From contig CBDDTI010000446.1 of the NCBI GenBank assembly GCA_965233585.1, positions 1-14,049 on the forward strand: a DNA stretch of 14,049 nt, written 5' to 3'. Numbering within the stretch: the first letter of the stretch is position 1; every line of letters starts with the position of its first letter. The translations under genes were made by a program, and so were the position numbers. The notes under the pieces are model-generated. The model searched no databases and was not told the DNA's origin. It saw nothing but the letters and a program-made list of their open reading frames with translations. The DNA is from a bacterium (GTDB lineage Bacteria > SAR324 > NAC60-12). This document shows positions 1-9,169 of this stretch, piece by piece.

Positions 1-232
1 AGTTAATATTTGCACTAAGTAAATATTTCCACTGGTCAAGTTAATATTTCCACTGGACAAGTTACTGTTTACACTGGCCAAGTTAATATTTCCACTGGTC
101 AAGCTATTTGTTTGCACTAACTAAGTTGATATTTACACTAACCAAGTTAATATTTACACTGGCAAAGTTAATGGCAAAGTTAATATTTACACTGGCCAAG
201 TTAATATTTACACTGGCCAAGTTTTGTTTACA
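1..232. repeat. 21-bp minisatellite, consensus AAGTTAATATTTACACTGGCC, about 10-11 degenerate units; probably continues left of the window
   Basis: Units seen directly, e.g. aagttaatatttacactggcc at 177-197 and 198-218. It explains the KLIFTLA repeat in spurious ORF 108-326. Confidence 0.92.
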
Positions 233-1029
233 CTGTGAACCACATTTAACCACAAAAACGATGGCTGCTACCCCTTGGAAACGGGCTGGATCTTGCTATA
301 AATCACACCATGCACCCAGAATTTAAACACAGTTTTCTGAAACGTACCTTCCTCATCAAGTGACATAAGCCAACCGAGTTATATCTATCTCAACGGACAA
401 TTATACAGGATCTATGAGTAATCATTAGCCGTTTTCATCAAGAAGCTAAAATATTCCAAAATGAATTAAAAAGTGAAATTTGCGATAAAAATAAAATTAA
501 TGTGTGGCACAGGCATATTTCATTTTCTAGAATTTCAATGTCGTGTCTGTTACATTTGTTTTTGATATTGTCATTTTGCATTTTCATTCTGTTTGTCGTG
601 GCGTACGTGGCAGGCGATGGAGGACTGGTGATGAGGTGGGATAGGAAGTATTGAAAGGGAAAGGGTATTCCCTTCCATATCCCCGCAAGCTTATGCATTA
701 AGCCTTAAACCTTTAGCTACTTGCTGTATTTTCCGCTAAACGAGGGTCCGATGACATGAGAAAGTGTTATTCTGGCTAAGCCAAACTCGATCATTTAATC
801 TTTTGACTAAATTTTGTTTTTAAATGCTGAACTCGCATGATGCTGGTTTTGTCTTCACTAAAGGAAAAAAAAATCAAATAAACATCCTGAATATCGTCTT
901 GCTATCCCTGTAGTTAAGTCAAGCTGTCAGTGCTTATAGCCTCTGAATTATGTCTTGTTAATCAACAATTCGTCTTTTGTAGCATGTTTTCACTATTTAC
1001 TTACAGTACTGATTTCTTTAATTACACAG

Positions 1030-1868
1030 AATACCAACACGTGTCTGCAAGGATCACCTGGTCTCCCTGGTGTTCCTGGTCGCAATGGACATAACGGGTT
1101 ACCAGGCCGCGACGGTCGAGATGGAGCAAAAGGTGACAAAGGTATGATTGGTTCCATGAGGCCACGTGGCCAGAGCGGAGACGCGGGGAAAAATGGTGCA
1201 GACGCTGACCACAGAAACTGAAAACAGCGTGCGTGGAGGATTGAAGACAGCCGTGACATTGGTCTCATTAAGGTATGCATTAATGTCAGTGATAAAAAAA
1301 AAAATAACCTCTACACATTGTTGATTTGATCTTTTTTCTCAGTTTAACTACGTAGATAGTTGAAGGATATTTCTCACACTCAAGTGAACCGAGAACGCAT
1401 ATAACATCAGTTAATGTCGAGTTCAATAAAACGGTTGGGTCCGGGGAGAACACTTCATGCCCAATTTGGAACCAGGTATCCATGCACGCCGTTGCCTTTG
1501 TATTTTGAAGGATTGTGTTTTCGACAAGAGGAAAGATGACACCGCTCTCCGTGTCGTTTATCAAGGAAACTTTTACCTGAGCTGTACCCATTGTTGCAAG
1601 CGATGGTTCATTACCTTCAATGGCGCTGAGTGCAGCGGTCCATTGCCTATTGATATCGTTTGGTGGATGGCAAGCAATAGCCAAACCAGTAACAGACCTG
1701 GACTAATAGAAGGCTACTGTGACAACATTCATAAGGGAAAAATCCGTGTTAGTTGGGATATGATTAACATAGGAAACTGCCCTGGAGGTCAGTGGAAACT
1801 CTAATGGTCAGACAGGCTGGAATTCAGTGTCCCGCTTAATGATTGAAGAAGTCCCACGGTCCCAGTAA
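1030..1868 (+). pseudogene. CTHRC1: CTHRC1-like pseudogene: collagen exon 1030-1272 and C-terminal domain exon 1511-1868; first exon not seen in the window
   Basis: Gly-X-Y run, then motifs CCKRWFITFNGAECSGPLPID and TGWNSVSRLMIEEVP. Splice sites acag|AAT, AAG|gtatg, gaag|GAT are in the same phase as the paralog. Lesions: TGG>TGA at 1219-1221, Cys>Arg in NWKQC, Gly>Arg in the collagen (GSM-RPR), and a +4 frameshift near 1787-1793 giving TAA at 1802-1804 while the ancestral stop is at 1866-1868. Confidence 0.9.
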
Positions 1869-2499
1869 TCAGAATAACGCTGACAGCAACAGTTGATGCT
1901 TTAGGCACTGATCTCGTACGCTAATAATGTCTACGGGATTCTTGAGTTTTGTCTCATAACACGAAGTGATCATAAACCAGTGAAGTGTTTCTTTTAATAT
2001 TTACGATCAGCGAAATTATTGAAATTGATTTGATTCAATTAAAATTGTGCATTGCAGCTGATCATGAGCGTCCGAGTTGTGACATCACTTTTCTCTGCGT
2101 TGATTACCTGATATATCCTGAGCAGGGCAATAGGAAGGTCTATTTATTTGATGAGGATTTCTCATCAGGTATGATCCTGACGAATACAAAATATGAATGG
2201 GGAGGGGGGGTGGGGTTATAGGGGAGGCCAGATAAAGTTTTGAAAAGTCGCAGGTTGATGTATTGGCTAAAGAAAATTAAGGAAACAACTGGTGAGGAAT
2301 TGCACCTTCATTGTTTGCCGTCTTGGGCATGAAACATACTGAACCAAAAATGTCCCCCATACTATCGACTAGTTTATTAGCAATTTTCTTGTTATAGGTC
2401 TGACCTAAGGTCCAAGATAAAATAAGGAGGAAGAGTAAATAAATGCATTGAGAAAATTAAATTTAACAGGCTTCGTAAGCCAAAGCAGCACTATGAGTG

Positions 2500-4075
2500 A
2501 CTCAGACTCGATCATTAAATTAAAGAATTGGAATATTTACAACGATTTCCACTCAAATACCCGCTAACTTGCACCTTAAGGACGTTCGCGCTAATTGTTT
2601 CTGCGCATCCTTACTGCGCACGCAAATCCACATGCCACGTCATGCCACGCCATGCATCGAGCGCGCGCGCTAAGTGCCAAAAGGAACAATGATAGGGCAG
2701 ATGGCCATTGCTATAGCTTTGATTGGATTTAACGCTCTTGGACGTTCGGTGACCCCTACTTTTCTTTTCAGAAACAGATTTCATTTACAATTATCTCCAC
2801 ATTGTCCAAAAATGAACAAAACATCAATGTGGGAAGTTTAAAAAAATTGAAGATTTCTGTCCACAGGACATGGAATCCTGCCATCTTGCGGCTGCAAGGC
2901 GCGTGAAACTATGGTCGCTAAATGCGAACTTGTTCTTTGAGGAACCTCACCAGTTGACTAAATTCGCTTAATGGGTCCATTTAAACCATATTTGGCAGAG
3001 AACATTTCCCTTCAAAGCTCTAATTGCAATATTTTGGGACTTGCAGCCACTGTGGCCTTCTTCGCTACCGAAGCCCGATTTACTCAGATTTAGGTGTTCT
3101 TCCGGGCATGATCTTTCCAAAACGAAGTCGGTGACCCCCCATTTTTTTTACATTTTTGACATCGCTAACTCATCATCTTTCAATGGTAAAATTTTCGGAA
3201 AAAAATCAATGTTAGAAAAATTTCGCGCGAACGTCCTTAAGGTCCGAAATAAAATGAAACACTTTGCGAGTAAATTTATTTGCTCAATCTGCTTTATTGC
3301 AGTAATTTTAACTTAGCGCGTGAAACATACTTTTTATCAAAATTCTGGTTATCATTGCCGAGTTATTCCCTTTCAAACAATGTTCGCAAACAAAACGAGT
3401 TTAACTATTTGGAGCCTGTTAGAAGATAATTTTCTCGACTGTATTGAAATTCGATATTTAATATGTTCAATATTTCGTCAATTATAGTGATTATTAGACA
3501 TCGCTTCTGAACATCCACTGTTCAACTTCCGTAAAAAAGGAAATTTAGCTTTGTGGATCAATTGCAATATACAACTATAAAATCGCTCAGATTTGGTCAT
3601 AAACACAAGTTACAGATTTGGATTATTTACAACTGATGATTTCCACTTAAAATATCCGCCATTTTGTACCCCCAACTATTCAACCCGGCCCGAAATGTAG
3701 TGCGAAGCATTGCGAGGAAGTCCGTTCATTTGCTCAAGCCGCTTAAAGCAATAATTTTAGTTTAAAGCATGTAGCCTATGAAACCATATATCCGATTCAG
3801 TGAATAACTCCTTGTCAAACTTCTGCCTTCAGTCACTGAGCGTAAAATCGAATAAAAATCATAAATTTTGTCTCGCTTTCCTAGTAGTAAAATAATTCCT
3901 TGTCAAAATTCCTTTAGTGTCAGCATCGCTTACTTCATCGCGTTATGCCCTCAGACAAAGTTCAAAAGTAAGGAGTTAAATGGAGAAGAGATTAAAGAGA
4001 ACAGTTTCCTCAATTATGTTGAAATTCGATATCGGTATTCACACGTTCGAAATATCGTCAATTGTGAATTATGTC
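2500..4075 (+). repeat. Old diverged tandem duplication: copy A about 2500-3490 (split by the MITE), copy B about 3583-4075
   Basis: Collinear blocks: ttggaatatttacaac/ttggattatttacaac; gatttccactcaaatacccgc/gatttccacttaaaatatccgc; atttgctcaa in both; ttgaaattcgatat in both; tcgtcaatt in both. Boundaries are approximate. Confidence 0.75.
2580..3236. mobile_element. Non-autonomous DNA transposon (MITE-like, 657 bp), Kolobok-like
   Basis: TTAA on both sides (2576-2579, 3237-3240). TIR GGACGTTCGCGC...GCGCGAACGTCC is 12 bp perfect and 20/23 extended. TTAA TSD with GG...CC ends fits Kolobok rather than piggyBac (CC...GG). No credible ORF. Confidence 0.88.
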
Positions 4076-4422
4076 GCAAAAGGAAAACATAAAAGCAAAA
4101 AACAAAGAAAGAACTTAAACAGGTAATAAACGTTAGTAAAGTTAATCGTTTCCTTAACCGTGCAAACTCTGTTCAACTTCTGTGACACTTGCTTCAGTCT
4201 GTTCTGTCAGAATTCCCGAATTGACTTTCTCTCGATTATTTTTATCTGTGGAGACAATAAACCGTTTGACAGATCATTCGAACATGAAAATTTTTCCAGT
4301 GTCCATCAGACAAACAAACAAACTCTGCCTCCCTCAATTTTGTCTTTGACTCACTGTTCAGTCGTTACAGAGTTTCGTTACACCTGGGACATCAAATAAC
4401 GTGAAAAACGGAAGAAGTAAGC

Positions 4423-4521
4423 ATGTTTGGAAAATCCTGCGCTGTATCTTTGTTGATTTGGTTGTTGGTTGTTCCGTTCTTCAATCAGATTGAAGGAAAT
4501 AACACCGTTTCACCGTCCAAG
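4423..4521 (+). CDS. CTHRC1: CTHRC1-like gene exon 1 (signal peptide MFGKSCAVSLLIWLLVVPFFNQIEG-NNTVSPSK)
   Basis: ATG, basic residue, hydrophobic core and a plausible cleavage after IEG. Strong donor AAG|gtaagg in phase 0 matches the phase-0 collagen exon at 12518. Linkage across the 8-kb intron is inferred. Confidence 0.75.
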
Positions 4522-5503
4522 GTAAGGCTTCTTCTTTATTTCATTGCCGACTTGTTTTATTTTCGGTCTGTGCAAGTTGTGTATTGGTCTGTAATTAAAT
4601 CAGGGTATCAGTACAAGAGTTCTCAATATTTTTTTTTGTAAGTCGGATTTTGCGTTTAATAAGGTAGAAAAAAATCACAGTTGTAAAAATAATTTTGTTA
4701 TTTCAAAATGGCTAGCCTTAACAAAACGTTTCTTAGATACTTTTTCTTGTTGCCCTCCAGGTACACCATTAGGCTGCCAAAAATATTTCTTTCAAGCTTT
4801 CGTTAAATCCTGCCGTCAACGGAAAACCATTGATACCTTTTTCAGAAACTTTCGTTGCTTATTTTCTGCATGAAAAGTATGGGTTATCTTCAACCACAGT
4901 ACATTTGTTGTATTAGCTCAAATATCTAGTCCGTCAAATCCAGCAAGTCATAGTTGCGGTAAACTTTTCAGAAGTTAGTTATGGTCTGAGTTTATTTCCA
5001 ACGAAACTGTTCAGTCGTTCTGACCCGTAACAAATAGTTGAATCTCCTACATGAAAGTGTTTTGCTAGCAATAGTATCAATCATTGACTTGAATGAGTGG
5101 TCAGTTATTGTTTACTCTCCGGTTGGCGGAGTAATAATAATTCATATCCTCGCATGACTTGCAAATAAACTTTGTCAACATGACCGGCATTTAACCAAGT
5201 AGCCAACTATCAAATGAATTGTAACAAAGTTGTTTTCAGTTGTTCATAATTGATAAACTGTGCTATGTAACACTGAATTTACTCAAATTTGTAACGAAAG
5301 ACCTTCAATAAACGATCAACTGTGCTTGCATTCCTAAACGTAAGTATATTTAGCGAGTAAATGCAGTGACCGAATTCAAAGGTAGTCTGTCATAGACAAA
5401 TATTTGGACTCCTGCCACATGCCTTTGTCGCTGCCTACAGAAAGAAAAAAGCTAAAACGAAAAATTCAAAAATGTTTAATGGTGAAATTGTACTAACCAT
5501 AGT

Positions 5504-6226
5504 AGTAGTATACTATGTTGTTTTTAATCCGCGTTACTGTAGAGCCAGGTAGAGTTAGGTAGAGTTAAGTCATTACTATTCAAACTGTCTAGGTAGAAAT
5601 GCGTTCCTGCATACTAATGAACTGTCTAGGTAAAGTGCCTTCCTCCAGGCTAATAAGCAACGCTCTTAAACAATAAAAACAATAAGCTTGCCCGATCTTG
5701 CCCGCTAATAGTAAACCCTGATTCGAAAAATCTGTTACGTATTCAAAATAAAAGCGCGAATTTTAACGAAAGCGTGATTCCTTCATTCAACTTGAACTCA
5801 CAGGAAATTTGAAAACTTTGTTCGATTTTCGAAACCGGGCCCTTTTAACCCCAATTTGTTCATGAAAAATCTACTATGTTTTTATCTGAACTCTCAGCTT
5901 TGCTGACGATGAGAGTGAATTAATTCTTAGCTAAAGTACTGGTCGAGTTTTCTGCTCCGTTAGTCACGCACTGAACTCCACTTTCAACCCTAGATTTGCA
6001 TACTGACAAACTCGAACGGAAAAACCCATGGGACCGCTCTGCCATTGAAATGACAACAATAGAAGTTCGGAGTGCTCAACACGCGACAATAAATATTTTT
6101 CGAACAACACGTTTTCTTAAGAGACTTTATTGCTTGTTAATAGTGATAATACACAGAAATTTGAAATAAATACACCAAAATTACAACTGAACAGAACTGT
6201 TTATCACCGAATAAATTCAGTCTTCA
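5504..6226 (+). repeat. Left terminal inverted repeat (723 bp)
   Basis: Reverse complement of 9069-9178 plus 10271-10887. By eye it differs only by one substitution (5850 vs 10537) and a 4-bp insertion (about 10875-10878). Confidence 0.96.
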
Positions 6227-7580
6227 TCGTATTGAGAGTACTTGTAAGGCGAGGTCCTGTGTAAACGTCGAGATCGTCTAGAGGCTCTCTTAGGCTCAGT
6301 GTCCAAGTAATTTACAAATTTGACAGACTGGGGGCGTTTACGCTTTCTAACTGGTGACAGCGATTCCACTGTGGGAGGGGGTGTTAAAATTGAAGGAGGG
6401 AGGGAGGGAGGTGAGATAGAGGAAGAGGTTGCCATCGTAGATAAGGCTTGAGGAGATGTCACTTGGGTTGGTGCTTGAACTGGAGTTGCTGGTATGATTT
6501 CCGATGGTTCTTGAACGGGGTTTGGTGCTGTTGCTGCGTCGCCTGTCAGTACATTCGTAGACATCTGTCTTGACTCTTGGGGTTGGGTGGGTATTGTTGC
6601 TTCAGGTATTAAAGATTTGAGCTGGTGTTTATAATTTAAAAATTTGTTTTGCAACTGCATGTACTGCTTCGCTCTTTGATCCTCTCCAAGGTTTGCACGA
6701 TATAGGAGATTATCCATATTATTCTGAATGCGTTGCATCTCTGAAATTGGCGGGGGCACCATCAGAGTTTGTTGTTTGAGGCACCGGAGCAGTTCTTGGC
6801 AAATTCTATTCTCTTCGAAACCTTTGTCGAATCTTTCTTCGCCGGGTAAAACATTTGTTCGCAGTCTACATCTATCTGGAGTCGTTGGCCTGAAATCTAC
6901 AAAAAGATATCCATATGGTCTTCGCACCGCCTCTTCGTACTCTTTGATAAACCAAGCAGTTTCACTTGGATACATTTGTTTGGCTAGAGTCAAAATTTGC
7001 AGTTTATCCCGAGGATTCTTGAAAAGGATCAAGTAATGACTGTTCAAGCTGATGCTTCGGTTGCCTTTGCCTTGATGGAACAGATTTTGCACAATGTAAA
7101 TAACACTCAGATTTCGGTGATGCGATCCTTTTGTAAACAGGTTCACGATCCGATTATCTTTCCCGGCTTCAATCATTTGGTCGTCAATGACAATCAGGTT
7201 GCGTTTGTTGACATCTAAATAGGAATCATTTTCCAGAGATTCCGGGATCCCCTTGACAAATTCGATTGTTGGTATCATCATCAATAATTGCGTGTAGGCG
7301 TTTTGCCACTGTGAATAACACCAGATTATTCTCTCCGGTGCTTGATCGATCACGGTTTGAGCTTGTTGTAACAGCGATTGTACCCAGACAGTTTTTCCCG
7401 AACCGGTCATCCCTGCAACCATGCAAGTAAATGGATGAACCAATTGAAACCGCTGACACTTCTCTTGAGACATCGGTATGACTGGAGCGAAATCGGAATC
7501 ACTGTGTTTACTGTTCATATGTCGTTGTAAATTATCTTTTCTAGAAAAATCCTTTGACAAACAGGACAGGGCCAACTCAT
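6217..7580 (-). CDS. Polinton/Maverick DNA-packaging ATPase (A32-like, FtsK-HerA superfamily) with a frameshifted N-terminal C2H2 zinc finger and a ~200-aa helical, P/S/T-rich, basic C-terminal extension
   Basis: HPFTCMVAGMTGSGKT (Walker A), LIVIDD (Walker B), FTKGSHHRNLSVIYIVQN, RSISLNSHYLILFKNPRD, PYGYLFVD, RLRTN. Open frame 7575-6217. The likely true ATG at 7580 is one base out of frame; the first in-frame ATG is at 7518. Confidence 0.92.
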
Positions 7581-7605
7581 GTCAACTCATTCAAAGCTTA
7601 GTGCA

Positions 7606-7642
7606 AACTGACAAAATATGTATAATGTTTCACATTTATATA
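7606..7642 (-). promoter_or_regulatory. Putative TATA plus initiator core promoter of the ATPase gene
   Basis: Minus strand TATATAAA (7642-7635) with TCAGTT (7611-7606) about 31 nt downstream, roughly 30 nt before ATG 7580. Confidence 0.6.
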
Positions 7643-7656
7643 GGCTTCAAGCACCA

Positions 7657-7800
7657 CAATTCTATTGTTCTCCCTCCTCCTCCTCCTCCTCAATTCTATT
7701 GTTCTCCCTCTTCCTCCTCCTCCTCCCCAATTCTATTGTTCTCCCTCCTCCTCCTCCTCCTCAATTCTATTGTTCTCCCTCCTCCTCAATTATATTGTTT
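7657..7800. repeat. Compound minisatellite: CAATTCTATTGTTCTC plus (CCT)n, 4 full units (34, 37, 34, 25 bp) and 1 partial
   Basis: Units start at 7657, 7691, 7728, 7762 and 7787, between the two divergent core promoters. Confidence 0.93.
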
Positions 7801-7828
7801 TAAACCACCGCCACCGCCATCACAATTC

Positions 7829-7864
7829 TTTAAAAAACTGTAAACCTGTGTCTCTAGTTCAGTC
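7829..7864 (+). promoter_or_regulatory. Putative TATA-like plus initiator core promoter of the + strand element genes
   Basis: TTTAAAAA at 7829-7836, TCAGTC at 7859-7864 (about 31 nt spacing), ATG at 7872; mirrors the minus-strand promoter. Confidence 0.45.
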
Positions 7865-7871
7865 TGCAATT

Positions 7872-8198
7872 ATGTCTCAGGTAGTAAAGAACAACCGTGG
7901 TTTTCTTCAACTGCTAGCGCATTGTCCTACCCATCAATGCGAGTTTCTATTAAGGACTGCCACCCCGCAACAAGTTCACGCATTAGTTCAAGTTTTATAC
8001 AATGTGCTCAAGGAATACATCCCCTTTCCCGAAGAAAACAGACAGAAATTGCTTCCGTATAAGGATGCTCTAATTACTCTTGCAGAACCACATGTTCCCT
8101 ACAAGAAGAAAAAGCATATTCTTGGGCAAGAGGGTGGTGGATTTATTCAAGACTTGTTGCCCCCAGTTATAAGTAGCTTGGGATTTCTTCTGCTATAA
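7872..8198 (+). CDS. Small (108 aa) Polinton/adintovirus-type protein ending in QxGGGF plus a hydrophobic helix (adenovirus pX-like C-terminus; possible adenain-type cleavage site)
   Basis: MSQVVKNN...VLYNVLK...KKKKHILGQEGGGFIQDLLPPVISSLGFLLL. I recall this pattern from the small gene next to the ATPase in Polintons. The ORF-track start at 7665 is repeat-derived. Confidence 0.75.
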   Translation: MSQVVKNNRGFLQLLAHCPTHQCEFLLRTATPQQVHALVQVLYNVLKEYIPFPEENRQKLLPYKDALITLAEPHVPYKKKKHILGQEGGGFIQDLLPPVISSLGFLLL

Positions 8199-8262
8199 AT
8201 GCAATAACCCTTAATGAGTTCGATCATTTCACATCTTGCTTTTGACGAGTGCGGGATCGGGC

Positions 8263-9078
8263 ATGAAGCGAATGGTACATTGGGATGATGAAGAAAATGG
8301 AGAAAGCGAAATGGATCCTTTTGAGGAAGCAAGTGAGTCGACAGATGTTTCTGACGATGAACATAGCAATGACGAGGAACCGCGAATTAAAGATGTTTTA
8401 GGAAATCTCTCAAAAACCGTTTCCAGAAAACGCGCTTCTGACCTGCTACACAGCATGGCGGCTTCCAAAGATATCTTGTTTTGGACACCTCGCGGACAGT
8501 TACTCCGAAACCAAAGAATAATACCAGTGACGAACATCTCAGAGCTGGTCGAATATGTGTTACTACCCCATAACGATGAGGTAATCAAACCCAGAGCGCT
8601 TAATACCTTCCTGGACGGTCTGGCAGAGTTAGGAGTTGACAAGCGTTTAATAAAAAAAAAGGAGATTTTGAGCGATTTACTAGAAAAAGAAAAGGTTTAC
8701 CGAGAAAACGAAGGGGAAGGTGATGATGACAGTAGCCGTAGCGACATTAGCGACAGCAGTGAAGGCGAGGAAAGTCATTCTGAAAGCAATGACGTGGAAA
8801 GTGATAGCGAGTCTGACCAAGAAAGAATCATTCAGAAAGAGTCCTCGAAACCATGTCATCATTGTCAAATTTGGAATATGTCCGTAACTGCGGTGGTTAA
8901 GTGTCCCAGATGTTTTTGGCACGATAACAATTCCATTTGTCCCGTTTGCGGTTACGACATCCCCGTAGACAACGAGCATATAAAAGAAGCCTTTGCCCGT
9001 TGTAATGACTGTGGTGCAACGTGTTACGAAAACATGAAAACATCGAAAGTGAGCTTATATTTCCCCAGTGAAGACTGA
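8263..9078 (+). CDS. 271-aa Polinton-associated uncharacterised protein: acidic N-terminus, conserved core, acidic Ser-rich tract, C-terminal four-CxxC zinc-binding region
   Basis: Intact ORF from ATG 8263 (MKRMV). Core RASDLL...FWTPRGQLL...IPVTNISELV...PRALNTFLDGL resembles (from memory) the W-x3-G...SNI-x-DL Polinton protein. CHHC, CPRC, CPVC, CNDC at the C-terminus. Confidence 0.72.
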   Translation: MKRMVHWDDEENGESEMDPFEEASESTDVSDDEHSNDEEPRIKDVLGNLSKTVSRKRASDLLHSMAASKDILFWTPRGQLLRNQRIIPVTNISELVEYVLLPHNDEVIKPRALNTFLDGLAELGVDKRLIKKKEILSDLLEKEKVYRENEGEGDDDSSRSDISDSSEGEESHSESNDVESDSESDQERIIQKESSKPCHHCQIWNMSVTAVVKCPRCFWHDNNSICPVCGYDIPVDNEHIKEAFARCNDCGATCYENMKTSKVSLYFPSED

Positions 9079-9163
9079 ATTTATTCGGTGATAAACAGTT
9101 CTGTTCAGTTGTAATTTTGGTGTATTTATTTCAAATTTCTGTGTATTATCACTATTAACAAGC

Positions 9164-9169
9164 AATAAA
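9164..9169 (+). terminator. Putative poly(A) signal AATAAA for the + strand element genes; mirror copy TTTATT at 6126-6131 for the ATPase
   Basis: About 85 nt after each stop codon. In the uninterrupted TIR it is followed by a GT-rich tract (gtgttgtt). Confidence 0.55.

Noticed and set aside
1..232. CRISPR-like array or 72-aa repeat protein (ORF 108-326)
   Set aside because: Head-to-tail units with no unique spacers, eukaryotic context; the ORF only translates the minisatellite.
1219..1221. Selenocysteine or read-through at the in-frame TGA
   Set aside because: It aligns to Trp (TGG) in the paralog, and the copy has an independent frameshift and other lesions.
4347..4353. AP-1 site TGACTCA upstream of exon 1
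   Set aside because: Plausible, but a single 7-mer is expected by chance in 14 kb.
1985..4399. Short ORFs 1985-2221, 3041-3316, 3868-4092, 4160-4399 (also 438-698, 10825-11031, 11891-12121, 13786-14004)
   Set aside because: No recognisable domains, several have non-ATG starts, and some cross transposon boundaries.
5501..5503. Element start at 5501 (AGTAGTAGT)
   Set aside because: The first AGT belongs to the CATAGT TSD; the right end matches only two AGT units.
6728..7459. ORFs 6728-7036, 6997-7218, 7226-7459
   Set aside because: Antisense or alternate-frame shadows of the ATPase with no motifs.
7657..7800. CRISPR-like repeat-spacer pattern
   Set aside because: The apparent spacers are just (CCT)n of varying length.
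7478..7871. Poly-Pro/Ser/Leu ORFs (7478-7843, 7618-7803, 5' part of 7665-8198)
   Set aside because: All three frames are open only because the CCT repeat lacks stops; credible coding starts at ATG 7872.
8147..8979. Minus-strand ORFs 8147-8332, 8229-8642, 8680-8979
   Set aside because: Antisense shadows of the + strand element genes.
6217..9078. Bacterial or phage contamination, or misassembly creating the inverted repeat
   Set aside because: Clean 6-bp TSD, arms that differ by a substitution, an indel and a TSD-flanked insertion, and eukaryotic promoter and poly(A) signals.
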